Source: Malacoraja senta
Lineage: Eukaryota
NCBI GenBank assembly: GCA_038087875.1
Contig: CM075991.1
Coordinates: 6,386,001 to 6,450,000, forward strand
Reading direction: 5' to 3'
DNA length: 64,000 bases
The position numbers were made by a program, and so were the translations under genes. The notes beneath the pieces were generated by a model, which saw nothing but the letters and a program-made list of their open reading frames with translations, was not told the DNA's origin and made no database searches. This document shows, piece after piece, positions 52,819 to 64,000 of the stretch (position 1 is the stretch's first letter; every line of letters starts with the position of its first letter).

Positions 52819-54367
52819 AAGGCATGTGTGGACATGAGTGAATCTGGTCATTGACTGTCTGAGTCAATTGTGCATCACTGGGACCGTTACTATTTAGACT
52901 TTACTTCAGACTTTAGAGATACAGCGTGGAAACAGGCCCTTCGGCCCACCGAGTCCGCGCCAGCCAGCTATCACACCGTACACAGACCTACACTCCAGGG
53001 ACAATTTTAAACCTTACCGAAGCTAATAAAGCTACAAAGCTGAACATCTTTGGAGTGTGAAGAAAACCCGGAGAAAACCCACACGGGTCACAGGGAGAAC
53101 GTCAAACTCCATACAGACAGCACCCGTGGTCAGGATTAAACCCGGGTCTCTGGCGCTGTAAGGAAACAAATTTACTGTTGTGCCACTGTGCCACCTATCA
53201 CTAGTACGTAAAACGAACTAATAAACATAATTCCAACTACTTGCTCGGTGTAAAAGTATCGCCTTATTCTCTGGCAGATAAATCTCAACCATCTGATCAG
53301 TGGTCCTTCAGCCATTTGAAATAGTCTCCCTATATTTTATCCAAGGCCTTCACAATATTGAACACCACAGCTGTAAGGGAAAGGACTCCACCTTCTCCAT
53401 TCTGTCCAAATAACTGTAATCCCTCATTCCTGGAACACTTATCATAGGCAACCATTCTATTTTGTCAAATTCTTATAGCATTGAAGGTCACATAATCAAT
53501 CAAGTCCATTGCAGCTCCTAGTTAAGCAACCACACCGATGTTATTCTCCAACGCGACGACTGATAAAGAGTGCAGTGAAGAAAATAATCCCCGAGGTATC
53601 ACGATAATCCACAATGTATGGTTGTAGAGTCTCATTTAGGACAGGCAGGATTAGGGCTAAAGATTTCCTTCCTCCAAGAATATGCCCAAAACAGATGTGT
53701 TTTTTATAACAATCAATGTTTTGTGGTCACTATTGCTTAGACTAGCTTTTTATTTTTTACAATTTATTTAATTATATTCACCATAACTTGAAGCAGAAAA
53801 CTTATAATAGGGAACAAAGAAATAGCAGACCCGATTGAACAAATATTTTGGACTGGATTCACAAAGCAAAGGCACAAATAATATCCTAGAAATGTTAGTG
53901 AATCTAGAGTGTAGTGAATGGGAAGAGCGGATGGGTTTAGTTTAGGTTGGGATAGGATGTGAGGGAAATTCAAGGCCATTAAATCCCCAGGGCCCAGTAC
54001 TTAAGGAGTGGAGCCAGAAATAATAATGGTGCCATGTGTCGGAAGATATACACAAAATGCTGGAGTAACTCAGGGGGACAGGCAGCATCTCTGGAGAGAA
54101 AGTTGGGTCTGAATGTTCAATAATGGTGATCCACACACAACATTTTTTGGACACTGGGTCCAATTGGAGGGTAGCTAATGTACCTCCACGAGCTTTATCT
54201 TTCATAAAATAGTTTGAACTTGGTTTGATTACATTAAACTATTTCTTCCTTGATTATAGATACCAGCATTTTTCCAAGAACAGTGTCAATCTAACACACC
54301 TATAGCTCCCTGTGTTCTGTCTTCTTGCCTTCTGTGCATTATTCCACCTTGGATACTAATGTGGAAG

Positions 54368-55000
54368 AGTCAAAGAGTGATACAGTGTGGAAACAGGCCC
54401 TTCAGCCCAACTTTCCCACACCGGCCAACATGTCCCAGCTACACTAGTCCCACTTGCCCACGTTTGGTCCATATCCCTCCAAACCTGTCCTATCCACGTT
54501 CCTGTCTAACTGTTTCTTAAATATTGGGATAGCCCCTGCCTCAAACACCTCCCTTGGCAGTTTCTTCCATACACCCACCACCCTTTGTGTGTAAAAGACA
54601 CCCCTCAGATTCCTATTAAATCTTTTCTCCTTCACCTTAAATCTATGTCTTCTGGTCCTCGATTCGCCTACTCTGGGCAAGAGACTCAGTGCATCTACCC
54701 AATCAATCATGATCTTGTATACTTCTATAAGATCACCCCTTGTCCACCTGCGCTCCAAGGAATATAGTCTCAGCCTATTCAACCTCTCCCTATAGCTCAG
54801 ACCCTCTAGTCCTGGCAACATCCTCGTAAATCTTCTTTGTACCCTTTCCAGCTTGACAACATCTTTCCATTAACACGGTGCCCAGAACTGAACACAATAC
54901 TCTAAATGTGGCCTCACCAACGTCTTATACAACTGCAACATGACTTCCCAACTTCTATACTCCATACTCTGGCTGATGAAGGCCAATGTGCCAAAAGCCT
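54368..55000 (-). mobile_element. CR1 LINE 3' fragment
   Basis: MLPGLEGLSYRERLNRL.LYSLERR...; 3' tail shared with the V-SINE. Confidence 0.9.
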
Positions 55001-55002
55001 TT

Positions 55003-55098
55003 CTGAAGAAGGGTTTCGACCCGAAATGTCACCCATTCCTTCTCTCCAGAGATGCTGCCTGTCCAGCTGAGTTACTCCAGCATTTTGTGTGTATCTTC
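55003..55098 (+). mobile_element. Penelope-derived unit with largely intact hammerhead core
   Basis: CTGAAGA-AGGGT-TTCG-ACCC-GAAA-TGTC-ACC. Confidence 0.8.
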
Positions 55099-55149
55099 AA
55101 TCCAAAACTGGTATTTCGTTTTGATTGAGAAGTTATTAAGTCTTCACTG

Positions 55150-55812
55150 ATGGAGTTGTTGTCCCCCCCCCCCCCCCCCCCACCACCAATTTTCAAACCT
55201 CTCCCATTCTACCCAACTCTCCCAAACTTCCTACCATTTAGCTACCTCCTTTCTCTGTCCCAGGCAACGCTGTCTTCGTGTCTCTTCATTCTCTTCCCAC
55301 TCCTCTCCACCCCCTCCCACCCCATCCTTCTCCCCCACCTCCCTCTGCCTTCCAGCCCCGAGAAAATCCTCCGTGGAACAAGCGGCACGGGGAGAAGCCG
55401 ACTGCATTTGCTTCAAGCTTGCAGTCACCAAGAACCCGGCGGCGTTCTTGGTGAAACTCTAACAATCTCGCCACCTCTCCTCCCTTAAATCCTTGTGGTT
55501 TGCTCCAGTTCAAATAACTTTGGTGGGCAGCCTGTAAAACATTTGTCATCTGCGCCCCCCCACCCCCCACCCGGAGCCTTGGTTGTTTTGCAGAGAGGGG
55601 GCATTCCTTCCCGGTCTGTTTACCCAGCCCAGGGCTGGTTGCACTGTTACGAGAACTACACCGAGGAGAGGGGAAAGAGATCTGACGCTTATTCAACTTG
55701 ATGCTCCGGGGCTGACGTAGCAACGCACTCTCTCGATGGCTGATGGTGGGAAGTTGCAGGGACACTTCTCGTTGCTCACTCTTTTGTCGCTCGCCCCCCT
55801 TCTCTGGAAATA
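55150..55812 (+). promoter_or_regulatory. ANTXR1 promoter / 5'UTR region
   Basis: GC- and CpG-enriched, repeat-free stretch with poly-C/pyrimidine tracts directly upstream of the ATG. Confidence 0.55.
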
Positions 55813-55961
55813 ATGGCAGCCTCAAAGCCATACTCTTTCGAAGCCGTAGTTAAGTACATCTTGTTTGGAGTCTTTTTCTCGCTTTGCAGCGCTCAGAATG
55901 GAGGGGGCGACGAAGGTCCGTCTTGCTATGGAGGATTCGACCTGTACTTTGTTTTGGATAA
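55813..55961 (+). CDS. ANTXR1: Anthrax toxin receptor 1 (TEM8), coding exon 1; remaining exons not found in window
   Basis: ataATGG Kozak; MAASKPYSFEAVVKYILFGVFFSLCSAQNGGGDEGPSCYGGFDLYFVLD(K): signal peptide then CYGGFDLYF.LDK vWA start as in ANTXR1; phase-2 donor AA|GTGAGT; neighbour of BMP10 as in human. Too short for the ORF track. Confidence 0.92.
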
Positions 55962-58900
55962 GTGAGTATTGCTTTATTTCCCTTGGACAATAGGATGCCT
56001 TTGTCCGCTGCTGCATCCTTGTATAATCCTCACATCAACTTTCGACAAGTTGCAGTTATGTGGGACTTGTGTGCATTCTTTAGACATTTGGTCGCATTTG
56101 GATTCGTTGCAGCTACCAATTAGAGGGCAAAAAAAAAGTTTGTTGAACTCATTTAATTTGGGGTCTTTTTTAATTAATTAGGACTATCTTACTGTGAGCA
56201 ACGCGGGCAAAAAAAAAAGTTGTTGAATTTTGGTTATTTTTTTAAAAATCGTTCGCTTTACAATCCTTGAATTTATCGTCAGCTTCCCGGTTGGTCCAGA
56301 TTTGCCAACGTATCCCTCCTGCTTCAGACTTTGGGAACTGATTGAACTGTGGAAATATTAGTTCACTGTTAATCCCTTTGTTTCCAAATCGTGGCAGCCT
56401 CTCCTCGTTGCAGCAGGATCCATCGGCTGCTCAATTAGCTCCGGTGACATTTAACTTAACTGTTTGTCAATACCTAACCACAACCGTATCTGAGACCAAG
56501 GGGAACGAAAATACATTTATCACAAAACAACTCAAAAGTTGAACTGAGTTATGAGAGGGGGTGCTTAATGAGTAAATGCAGGGCAGCAGTGCTCTGAGCG
56601 GGCGAGTTACATAGTTAAATCAAGGAGAAATATAGGACTTGCCTGACGTTAGTTCAATCGTCTACTTTTTCAGGACCGATGATGAAATGTAAAACTATTA
56701 AGAAAAAAAAAGTAACCGGTTTCCAGGATGGATTTATTCTGTCTGCAAGATGGCCGGTTTTTTTTTTCTGAGGAAGAATGGAGTATTTTGGTTTAACTTT
56801 GCAATGAGAACATTTGGCGTGGAAGCATTTCTTAGAGGATGAAGGTTGAAAATGTAGCAATTGGTGACACAAATGATTGTGTGAGGGCATTTAACTGATG
56901 AGTGTGTTATTCAATCAAACCCCCCCCCCCTGTCCCCCCCCCCCCCCCGCCAAACATCTGTTTGCCACATTCGACTGTGCGGTGGCTAAAAAAGTACTGT
57001 TATTTTCAGGTTTCGACTATTGTTCTGACCACCTCACATGTCGCCTTTTGTACTGTGTGTGCCCTTCCCAAACAACCTCCAGGGGGCAAATAAACCAAAG
57101 CGATTTAAACCATCCCCTGCTGGAGTTGGATTAAGTTGAACAATGAGTATTTTTAGCGTAGGTAAACAGCAATAAGTGTTCTTTTACTCCCGATCAGACA
57201 GAGTGACTGGCAGAAGTGCAGAGTTACAGCCTGTACTGCACATTCTTACATTTGGACACCTCCCCAATTTTTGATAGACAATCATGAATCATAACAAAAC
57301 AATCAACGATAAGACCATTTAAACCGATTTTTCTTTAAAATAATGATATCTCAGTTCAAATTGTCTGCAATTTTTCTTCCATACATTCAAGAGTAATTCC
57401 AAGGAATATCTGTATATGTGTAAAGGTTCCCTCTTCACATATATGTAGAAACAAAGAACTGCAGATGCTGGGTTATACTAAAGATAGACGCAAAGTGCTG
57501 AAGTAGCTCAGCAGATCTGGCAGCATGTCAGGAGAAAATGGATGGAAGATGTTTTGGGTCAGGACCCTTCTTCAGACTTCAGTCACCCAGAAATGCTGAC
57601 TGAATCGCTGGGTTACTCCAGCACATTGTGCCTCCCTTTACGTTGCAACTGAATCTAGTTCCACTTGCCTTCCAAACTCAACACTGAAGATCATAACATC
57701 TTGCTTTACAAGACCATATTCTTCTTTCCTTGATACTTTTGCCTTTATTTAAGAACTGATGATCTCTGCCCAATAAACAATTTATACTCTATCAAAATCC
57801 CTCACTATTTTAAATGTCTCAGTTAAATCACCCATTAATCTCAGTCAAATTTTCACATCTTGGAAGAAGAGAAGGCTATTCACGTTGAATGTTGCCCTTA
57901 GAAATGTTATCTTGATGGAAGTTAGTCTATTGTCTTCTACTTGTCTAAAATGAATTGCATAAGCATACAGTGCAAGCCTGCAGCTATGAGAAAACTTGTC
58001 AGTGTGCCCGATATTTCCAGCTGCAATATTGTCTTGCGAAATTCGATGGAACCTACGTTATCAAACTTACTTTAGCATCCAGGAATTTTCAAGGCTGGAT
58101 TCGCCAAAAACAAACCAGAATCCTGAAGTTTGTGGATTTAAAAATGAGAGTCATAGAGTCATGGAGTGATACAGCGTGGAAACAGGCCCTTCGACCCAAC
58201 TTGCCCACACCGGCCAACATGTCCCAGCCACACTCATCCCACCTCCCTGCGTTTGGTACATATCCCTCCAAACCTATCCTATCCATGTACCTGTCCAACT
58301 GTTTTATGTTGGGGTAGTCCCTGCCTCAACTACCTCCTCGGGCAGCTTGTTTTATAGACCCACCACCCGTTGTGTGAAAAAGTTACCTCCTCAGATTCCG
58401 ATTAAATCTTTTCCCCTTCACCTTAAACCTATGTCCTCTGGTCCTCGATTCACCTACTCTGGGCAAGAGACTGTGCATCTATTCCTCTCATGATTTTATA
58501 CACTGAATGATTATGAGCATCAATGTGGAATACATTTTTTGTTGTTGTATGAAAATCCCATGGTCTGACATTTTGTGCTATTTGGCCAGCTTAACTCAAT
58601 CGCAAGGAATAGTGTTAGTATCACTGCAGAGATCCTGAGTTTGGGAAGCCCAGTCTAATGCCACATTGTGTTTTGTGTAAGACTGTGGGTATCACCGACA
58701 AAGAACATTCCTGAAAGCAGGAGGCTCCATTAAAATTAATTGTCCCAGTTACAATTAGACAATGGACAATAGGTGCAGGAGTAGGCCATTCGCCCCTTCG
58801 ACCTATTTGAATTCTAATCAAAGTTTCAACTTTCAACTGGTAAGAACACAAATTACATTAGTTGTCACGAATTGATTTTTAAAGATGGGTTGCATCTAGT

Positions 58901-60083
58901 TATGCCCATTAATTTCCTCGGAAAAGTTTGAAAATGCATGTGGGTTAGAACAGCAAGATCCTCTTGGATCTGACTGGGCCAGGAACTGGTTGTAATATAG
59001 GGAGGTGTAAGTCTTTCACTTTTGGCACAGTGGAAGTTGTTCTGGAACTAATTATTGAATTCCACATCATTGTTTTCAAACATTTCCATTGTCTCTGCTG
59101 CTATTCATTTGCAGCCTTCCGCCATGCGTCCTTGCATGCTCTCACCACTTCTTTGCCTCTGGTATTCTCTACCAGCCACACTTCCTCTGATGTGACAATA
59201 ATAGACCATAAGACATAGGAGCAGAATTCAGCCCATCATTCAATCATGGCTGATCTATATTTCCCTCTCAACCCCATTCTCCTGCTTTTCTCCCCATAAC
59301 CTTGTATGTCCTTACTAATTAAGAACCTATTAATCTCTGCTTTCAAAACACCCAATGACTCGCCCTCCACAGCAGTCTATGGCAATGAATTCCACAGATT
59401 CACCACCCTCTGGCTAAAGAAATTCCTCTTCATCTCCTTTCTAAAGGTACTTTTTTTTTTCAAAGGCTGAGCCCTCTGGTCCTAGACTTTCCCACTACTG
59501 GAAGCATCCTCTCCACATCCACTCTATCTAGGCATTTCATTATTCTGTAGGTTTCAATGACATACCACCTATTCCTTCTAAACTAATGAGTACAGGCCCA
59601 GAGCGATACATTCCACATACGTTAACCCAATTATCCCCAGGATCATTCTCGTAACTATTCTGTTTCACTCTCTGCAACTGTGTACCAGTCTCTTTCACCC
59701 TGCTACTCCCATTTATAGTGTCCCAAATACCTTCTCAATCCACTACCCCTTCCTAGCGTCCACATTTCTAATGCTGAGGTTTGTTCATTGTCCATTCCTT
59801 CAATTTCCTGGGAAGCAAGAACCAGAGGACATAGGTTTTAGGTGAGGGGGGAAAGATTTAATAGGAACATGAGAGGCAAATTATTTTACACTAAGGATGA
59901 TAAGTCTAAGGAACAAGCTGCCTGGAGGAGGTAGTTGAGGCAGGAACTATCATAACATTTAATACATATTTGGGCAGATACATGGATAGGGTATGCTGAG
60001 AGGGATATGGGCCAAATGCAGGCAGGTGGGACTAGTGTAGATGAGGCGTGTTTTTCAGTGTGGGCAAGATGGGCCAAAGGGCC

Positions 60084-60675
60084 ATCTAGACCAGAAGCTC
60101 ATCTTTCCACCAGAGATCATCACAACTAATCTCAGGCCGGACCTGATCTTGTGGTCAACCGCACAGAAGTCCCTGTACATCGTGGAGTTAACTGTGCCTT
60201 GGGAGGCTGCAATTGGGGAGGCGCATGAACGCAAATGTCTGAAGTATTCAGACTTAGCAGCCGAGGCAGAACAACGCGGCTGGCGTACTCAGGTGCTCCC
60301 TGTAGAGGTTGGTTTCAGAGGGTTTGTAGCCATGTCAACAACCAGACTCCTGAAGGGAATGGGAGTTCGAGGACAAGCCGTCAGGTCGCTGTCAGAGGCT
60401 GCCGAGCGAAGCCGCAACTGGCTGTGGCTGAAGAGGAAGGACTCCAACTGGGCTGCAAAATGACCTGCAAGAGGGGAAAACGGAGGGGAGCGCACCTGGG
60501 ACGCCAGATGTTGCTGTTGAGCCCTCTGGAGGTGTCGTGGGCCTATCAACGAAACACCAAGGAAGGAGGGTGCCCTCTGATGACCCCAATTAAGATTTTA
60601 CCCCTACCCCCACTCAAGATAGTAAGAAGGTGCCAATTATAGTAGGGATTGTAATAACAAGTCCTATAAGCCCAA
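60084..60675 (+). mobile_element. 3' fragment of an R2-group non-LTR element with restriction-like endonuclease (HERO-like)
   Basis: LRPDLILWS...IVELTVPWE...EAHERK.LKY..L...GW...PVEVG.RGFV; stop at 60463; flanked by a duplicated host segment CAGTGTGGGCAAGATGGGCC. Confidence 0.85.
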
Positions 60676-60812
60676 CAGTGTGGGCAAGATGGGCCGAATG
60701 GCCTGTTTCGATGCAGTATATCTCTATGACTGCAGTGAATATTGATCTTGTGACCGTATTGCAGTGTGTAGTATAATTTTACACAATAAAACTCAGTGCA
60801 ACTAATAATTAT

Positions 60813-61034
60813 GTAGAAATGAAGAACTGCAGATGCTGGTTCATACCAAAAAGTCACAAAGTGTTGGAGTAACTCAGCGGGTCAGGCAACATCTCTGGAG
60901 AAAAAGACTGGGAGACGTTTTGGGTCGAGACTCCTTTTCAGACTTTAGGTCTCGACCCAAAACGTCACCCAGCCTTTTTCTCCAGAGATGCTGCCTGACC
61001 TGCTGAGTTATTCCAACACTTTGTGTCTATCTTT
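60813..61034. mobile_element. Penelope-derived fold-back unit with TSD
   Basis: 13-bp TSD AACTAATAATTAT (60800-60812, 61035-61047); long inverted arms. Confidence 0.88.
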
Positions 61035-61564
61035 AACTAATAATTATATTGCTGCACATGTATATTCCGAAATAAATCAATACCTCTATCTAGGATTTAA
61101 TATTTAGTGTCAGTCAATACTCTTTAAGTCCTGACCACCAGCTCCAACTCTGTCACTGGCATCTATCTGTCTGAAACTGAGTAAAACCTTTGTCACATTC
61201 GGCTTCTATTTGACCTCAAGTTGAGCTTTGGACTGCGATCTGCACCATCACTAGGACTACATAATTGAACCTCTTTAACGTGTGAAGATTCTGCTCCTTC
61301 TGGAGCTCATGTATTGGTGAAAATTTCATTCATGCCTTTGTTACCTCTTGTCTTGTTTAATGCAATGGCATTCTGATCTGTCTTCCTCATTTTACCATCT
61401 GTGAATACCGTAACATCTAAATTATGTTGTTGGTAAATTAATTCAATGGTCCCTGAGCTTGGCAGCTTATATTGTTATCTGGCTATGCATTAAAGTCCCT
61501 GTCTTTTTTAATCTATCCTTGGCCTTTGCTCTTCCTGCAATGTTCTTCAATGCTACAATAACGT

Positions 61565-61890
61565 GGGCGGCACGGTGGCGCAGCGGTAGAGTTGCTGCCT
61601 TACAGCGCTTGCAGCACCACAGACTTGGGTTCGATCCCGACTATGGGTGCTGTCTGTGCGGAGTTCCTACGTTCTCCCCGTGACCGCGTGCGTTTTCTCC
61701 TAGATCTTCGGTTTCCTCCCACGCTCCAAAGACGTGCAGGTATGTTGGTAAATTGGCTTGGTGTATGTAAAAAAATTGTCCCTAGTGTGTGTAGGATATA
61801 ATGTTAATGTGCGGGGATCGCTGGACGGTGCGGACTCGGCGGGCCGAAGGGCCTGTTTCCGCACTGTAAACTAAATAAACTAAACTAAAC
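61565..61890 (+). mobile_element. tRNA-derived V-SINE (HE1-like), full length
   Basis: A box GTGGCGCAGCGGT, B box GGTTCGATCC, V domain CGGTTTCCTCCCAC.CTCCAAAGAC, CR1-like tail, (TAAAC)n. Confidence 0.9.
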
Positions 61891-62246
61891 TCCCTGCATG
61901 CTCTAATATTGACTCCTTGCACATTCCTAAATGTTATTGCTGCATCATTAGTAAGACTATCTTTCGCAGCCAAGTCCAAAAACTCTAACACTTCCTTGGA
62001 AATTTGTCTAGCTTCCTACCTTTAGGACACTCCTTAAGAATATATCACTGTTGACCAAGCATTTTTGTCATCAGTTAATATCTCCTGGCTTGTTACAGTA
62101 TTACATTATATCTGGGAACATTCCTCTGAAGTTCCTCAGGATGTTCTTGCTTTAGTAAAGGTGCTATTTCAATGGGAGTTATTGCTAAACTACACTCAAT
62201 AATGGGAAGCATCATTTCAACACATGGCATGGTGGAGCAACATTTA

Positions 62247-62610
62247 ATGTAGACACAAGGAACTGTAGATGCTGGAATCTTGAGCAAAAGACAAAGTGCT
62301 GGAGTAGCTCAGTTGGTTAGCATCTGTGGTGGACATGGATAGGTGGCATTTTGGGGCGGTATCATTTTTCAGACTGAATCTAGTGGTGGGGGGGCTGGGG
62401 GAGCTGGAAAGGTGATGTGGGCGTTACAAAGCCTGGCAAGTGATAGGTGGATATGGGTGAGGGAGGTTTGATAGGCAGGGGGGTGGAGCAGGTGACAAAG
62501 GTGAGAGATGAAAATTCTGAAGAGTGGGTCCCAACCAAAAATATTGTCCATCCATATCCCCCAACAGATGCTGCCGGACCCACTGAGTTACTCCAGCACT
62601 TTGTATTTTG
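62247..62610. mobile_element. Penelope-derived fold-back unit, diverged
   Basis: Inverted arms with degenerate cores; a similar unit lies at 57444-57640. Confidence 0.7.
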
Positions 62611-64000
62611 CCACTTAATGTGGATGGTCCTGGACTTTCCAAAAACCTTTTCATGAAGCCAACATTTCTTTAGAATTCCCTTCTGAAAAACCCTTTTCTT
62701 CTCTCCCTCACTCAGACCTTTCTAAAGACTCAGGTTTGAGCAGGCTTTCATTTCACTTTCAATTATCACGAACATTCCCAGTTGCAAGAAGGTTGGGGTT
62801 ACGTTTTCAGTGTTAAAGGGGCTGCCTAGGTACAAGGTGTTGGTATTGTGATTTCCCCTGTAAGTAGCTACTCCTTCAATGCAAGCATTACTCCTCGAGT
62901 TCGCCCCGCGTTAAGTTGCTTCGGTTTGTCATATATCTGACATAGACCCTTTTACATGCGGGTGCAAACGCTGTTTGTGCATGAAATGAGGGAGCAAGGG
63001 AGAAACTCACGGGAGGCTTTACAGCTTGGCATGAGTGTGGAACTTCAATAGCATAACGTCGTTATTTAAAGCAAGGAAACAAATGGAAAAAATTATACCA
63101 CTGGGAATGTTACTGAGAGGTTTAACAGTGTGTGATGTTTAAGTATGTAACAGTTTATGCCTTCTACCACAAGAGCACTGGTTTAGCATTACCAATGGTA
63201 CCAATACCAATAGCTACCAATAGTACCAATGGTCACCATTTTCTTGCAAGTATTGATTCGTTACCTGTGACGTGCTCTGAGATGCTTCTGATGGACACAA
63301 TAAGGTTGAGTTTGAAAAGAACAAAAGACTTGCATTTGTATAGTGCACTTACAGTCACTGTTTGTGATGTGCATTCACTAGTAGCACAAAGGCAATGGAG
63401 CAAGCAATTGCAATATTGCTCCACAACACAGGATCATAATAGCATTGTAGCAAGCATCCATTAGCATTTACAAGGGTCAATTAGTCTAAAGTGCAGGAAA
63501 TTTTGTGAAACTGCATTCCACTTCGGAAAATAATGCATTTCTCTGAACTATTGCTTAACTAAAAGTTATACCAAAATGTTTTAAAAATGCAATGTATCCA
63601 ATGCCTGCACTGTATCAACTTGATGCTGAAGCGATATTACTGCTCTCGTACCTGTAGTGCCGCAGTTTGTTAAAGTACAAGTGGAGGGAGAGGCGGAAGG
63701 AGGGGGAAGGGGAGTTAAGTCATTATCAGCTACGAGCATAGGTTGGACTCTTGAGAACGATTAAGAGGTTCATTAAAAGAGGCTTTCAAGTTGATGAAGG
63801 ATTTGAGAGAGGAAATGGAGAAGGATTGTTTCTATTGATGAATGAGTCAATAGCCAGTTGCCATAAACTTATCAATGACCAGTAGAGTGGTGATGAAATG
63901 CTTTTCCCCTATTGCCAGGATATGCAATGTCCTACCTGAAAACGTGGTGAAAGTTGACACCATGGATAATTTTCGGAAGGAAGGAAAGAAATAGGAGAGA

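Noticed and set aside
56126..56228. Direct repeat GGGC(A)nGTTTGTTGAA twice; also a 14-bp hairpin at 22734-22764
   Set aside because: Short local duplications with no further support
55962..64000. ANTXR1 exon 2 (SGSVLHHW-like)
   Set aside because: Not found; presumably beyond the window

Overview
Vertebrate genomic DNA, most likely a cartilaginous fish (skate/ray-like, judged from the HE1/V-SINE, CR1 and Penelope repeat landscape). Two host genes are supported: a complete two-exon BMP10 on the minus strand (CDS 25307-24974 + 21681-20735, 426 aa) and the first coding exon of ANTXR1 on the plus strand (55813-55961). They lie head-to-head as in human, with no gastrokine exons recognised between them. 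The rest is mostly mobile DNA: an internally deleted Gypsy element with paired LTRs, L1, L2, CR1, Rex1 and HERO-type LINE fragments, PIF/Harbinger-type MITEs, several SINE families, and more than 20 Penelope-derived units carrying hammerhead ribozyme cores. The main observations are: (1) a 145-bp TSD-flanked retroposon whose 5' end is exactly a minimal HDV-like ribozyme; (2) BMP10 lacks the interchain disulfide cysteine (KASCVP instead of KACCVP); (3) short hammerhead fold-back insertions with 13-16 bp TSDs and a fixed arm asymmetry; (4) a uORF ending in a TAATG stop-start overlap with the ANTXR1 initiator. All calls come from reading the sequence and recalled family knowledge; no searches were run, and repeat boundaries are approximate unless a TSD is given.
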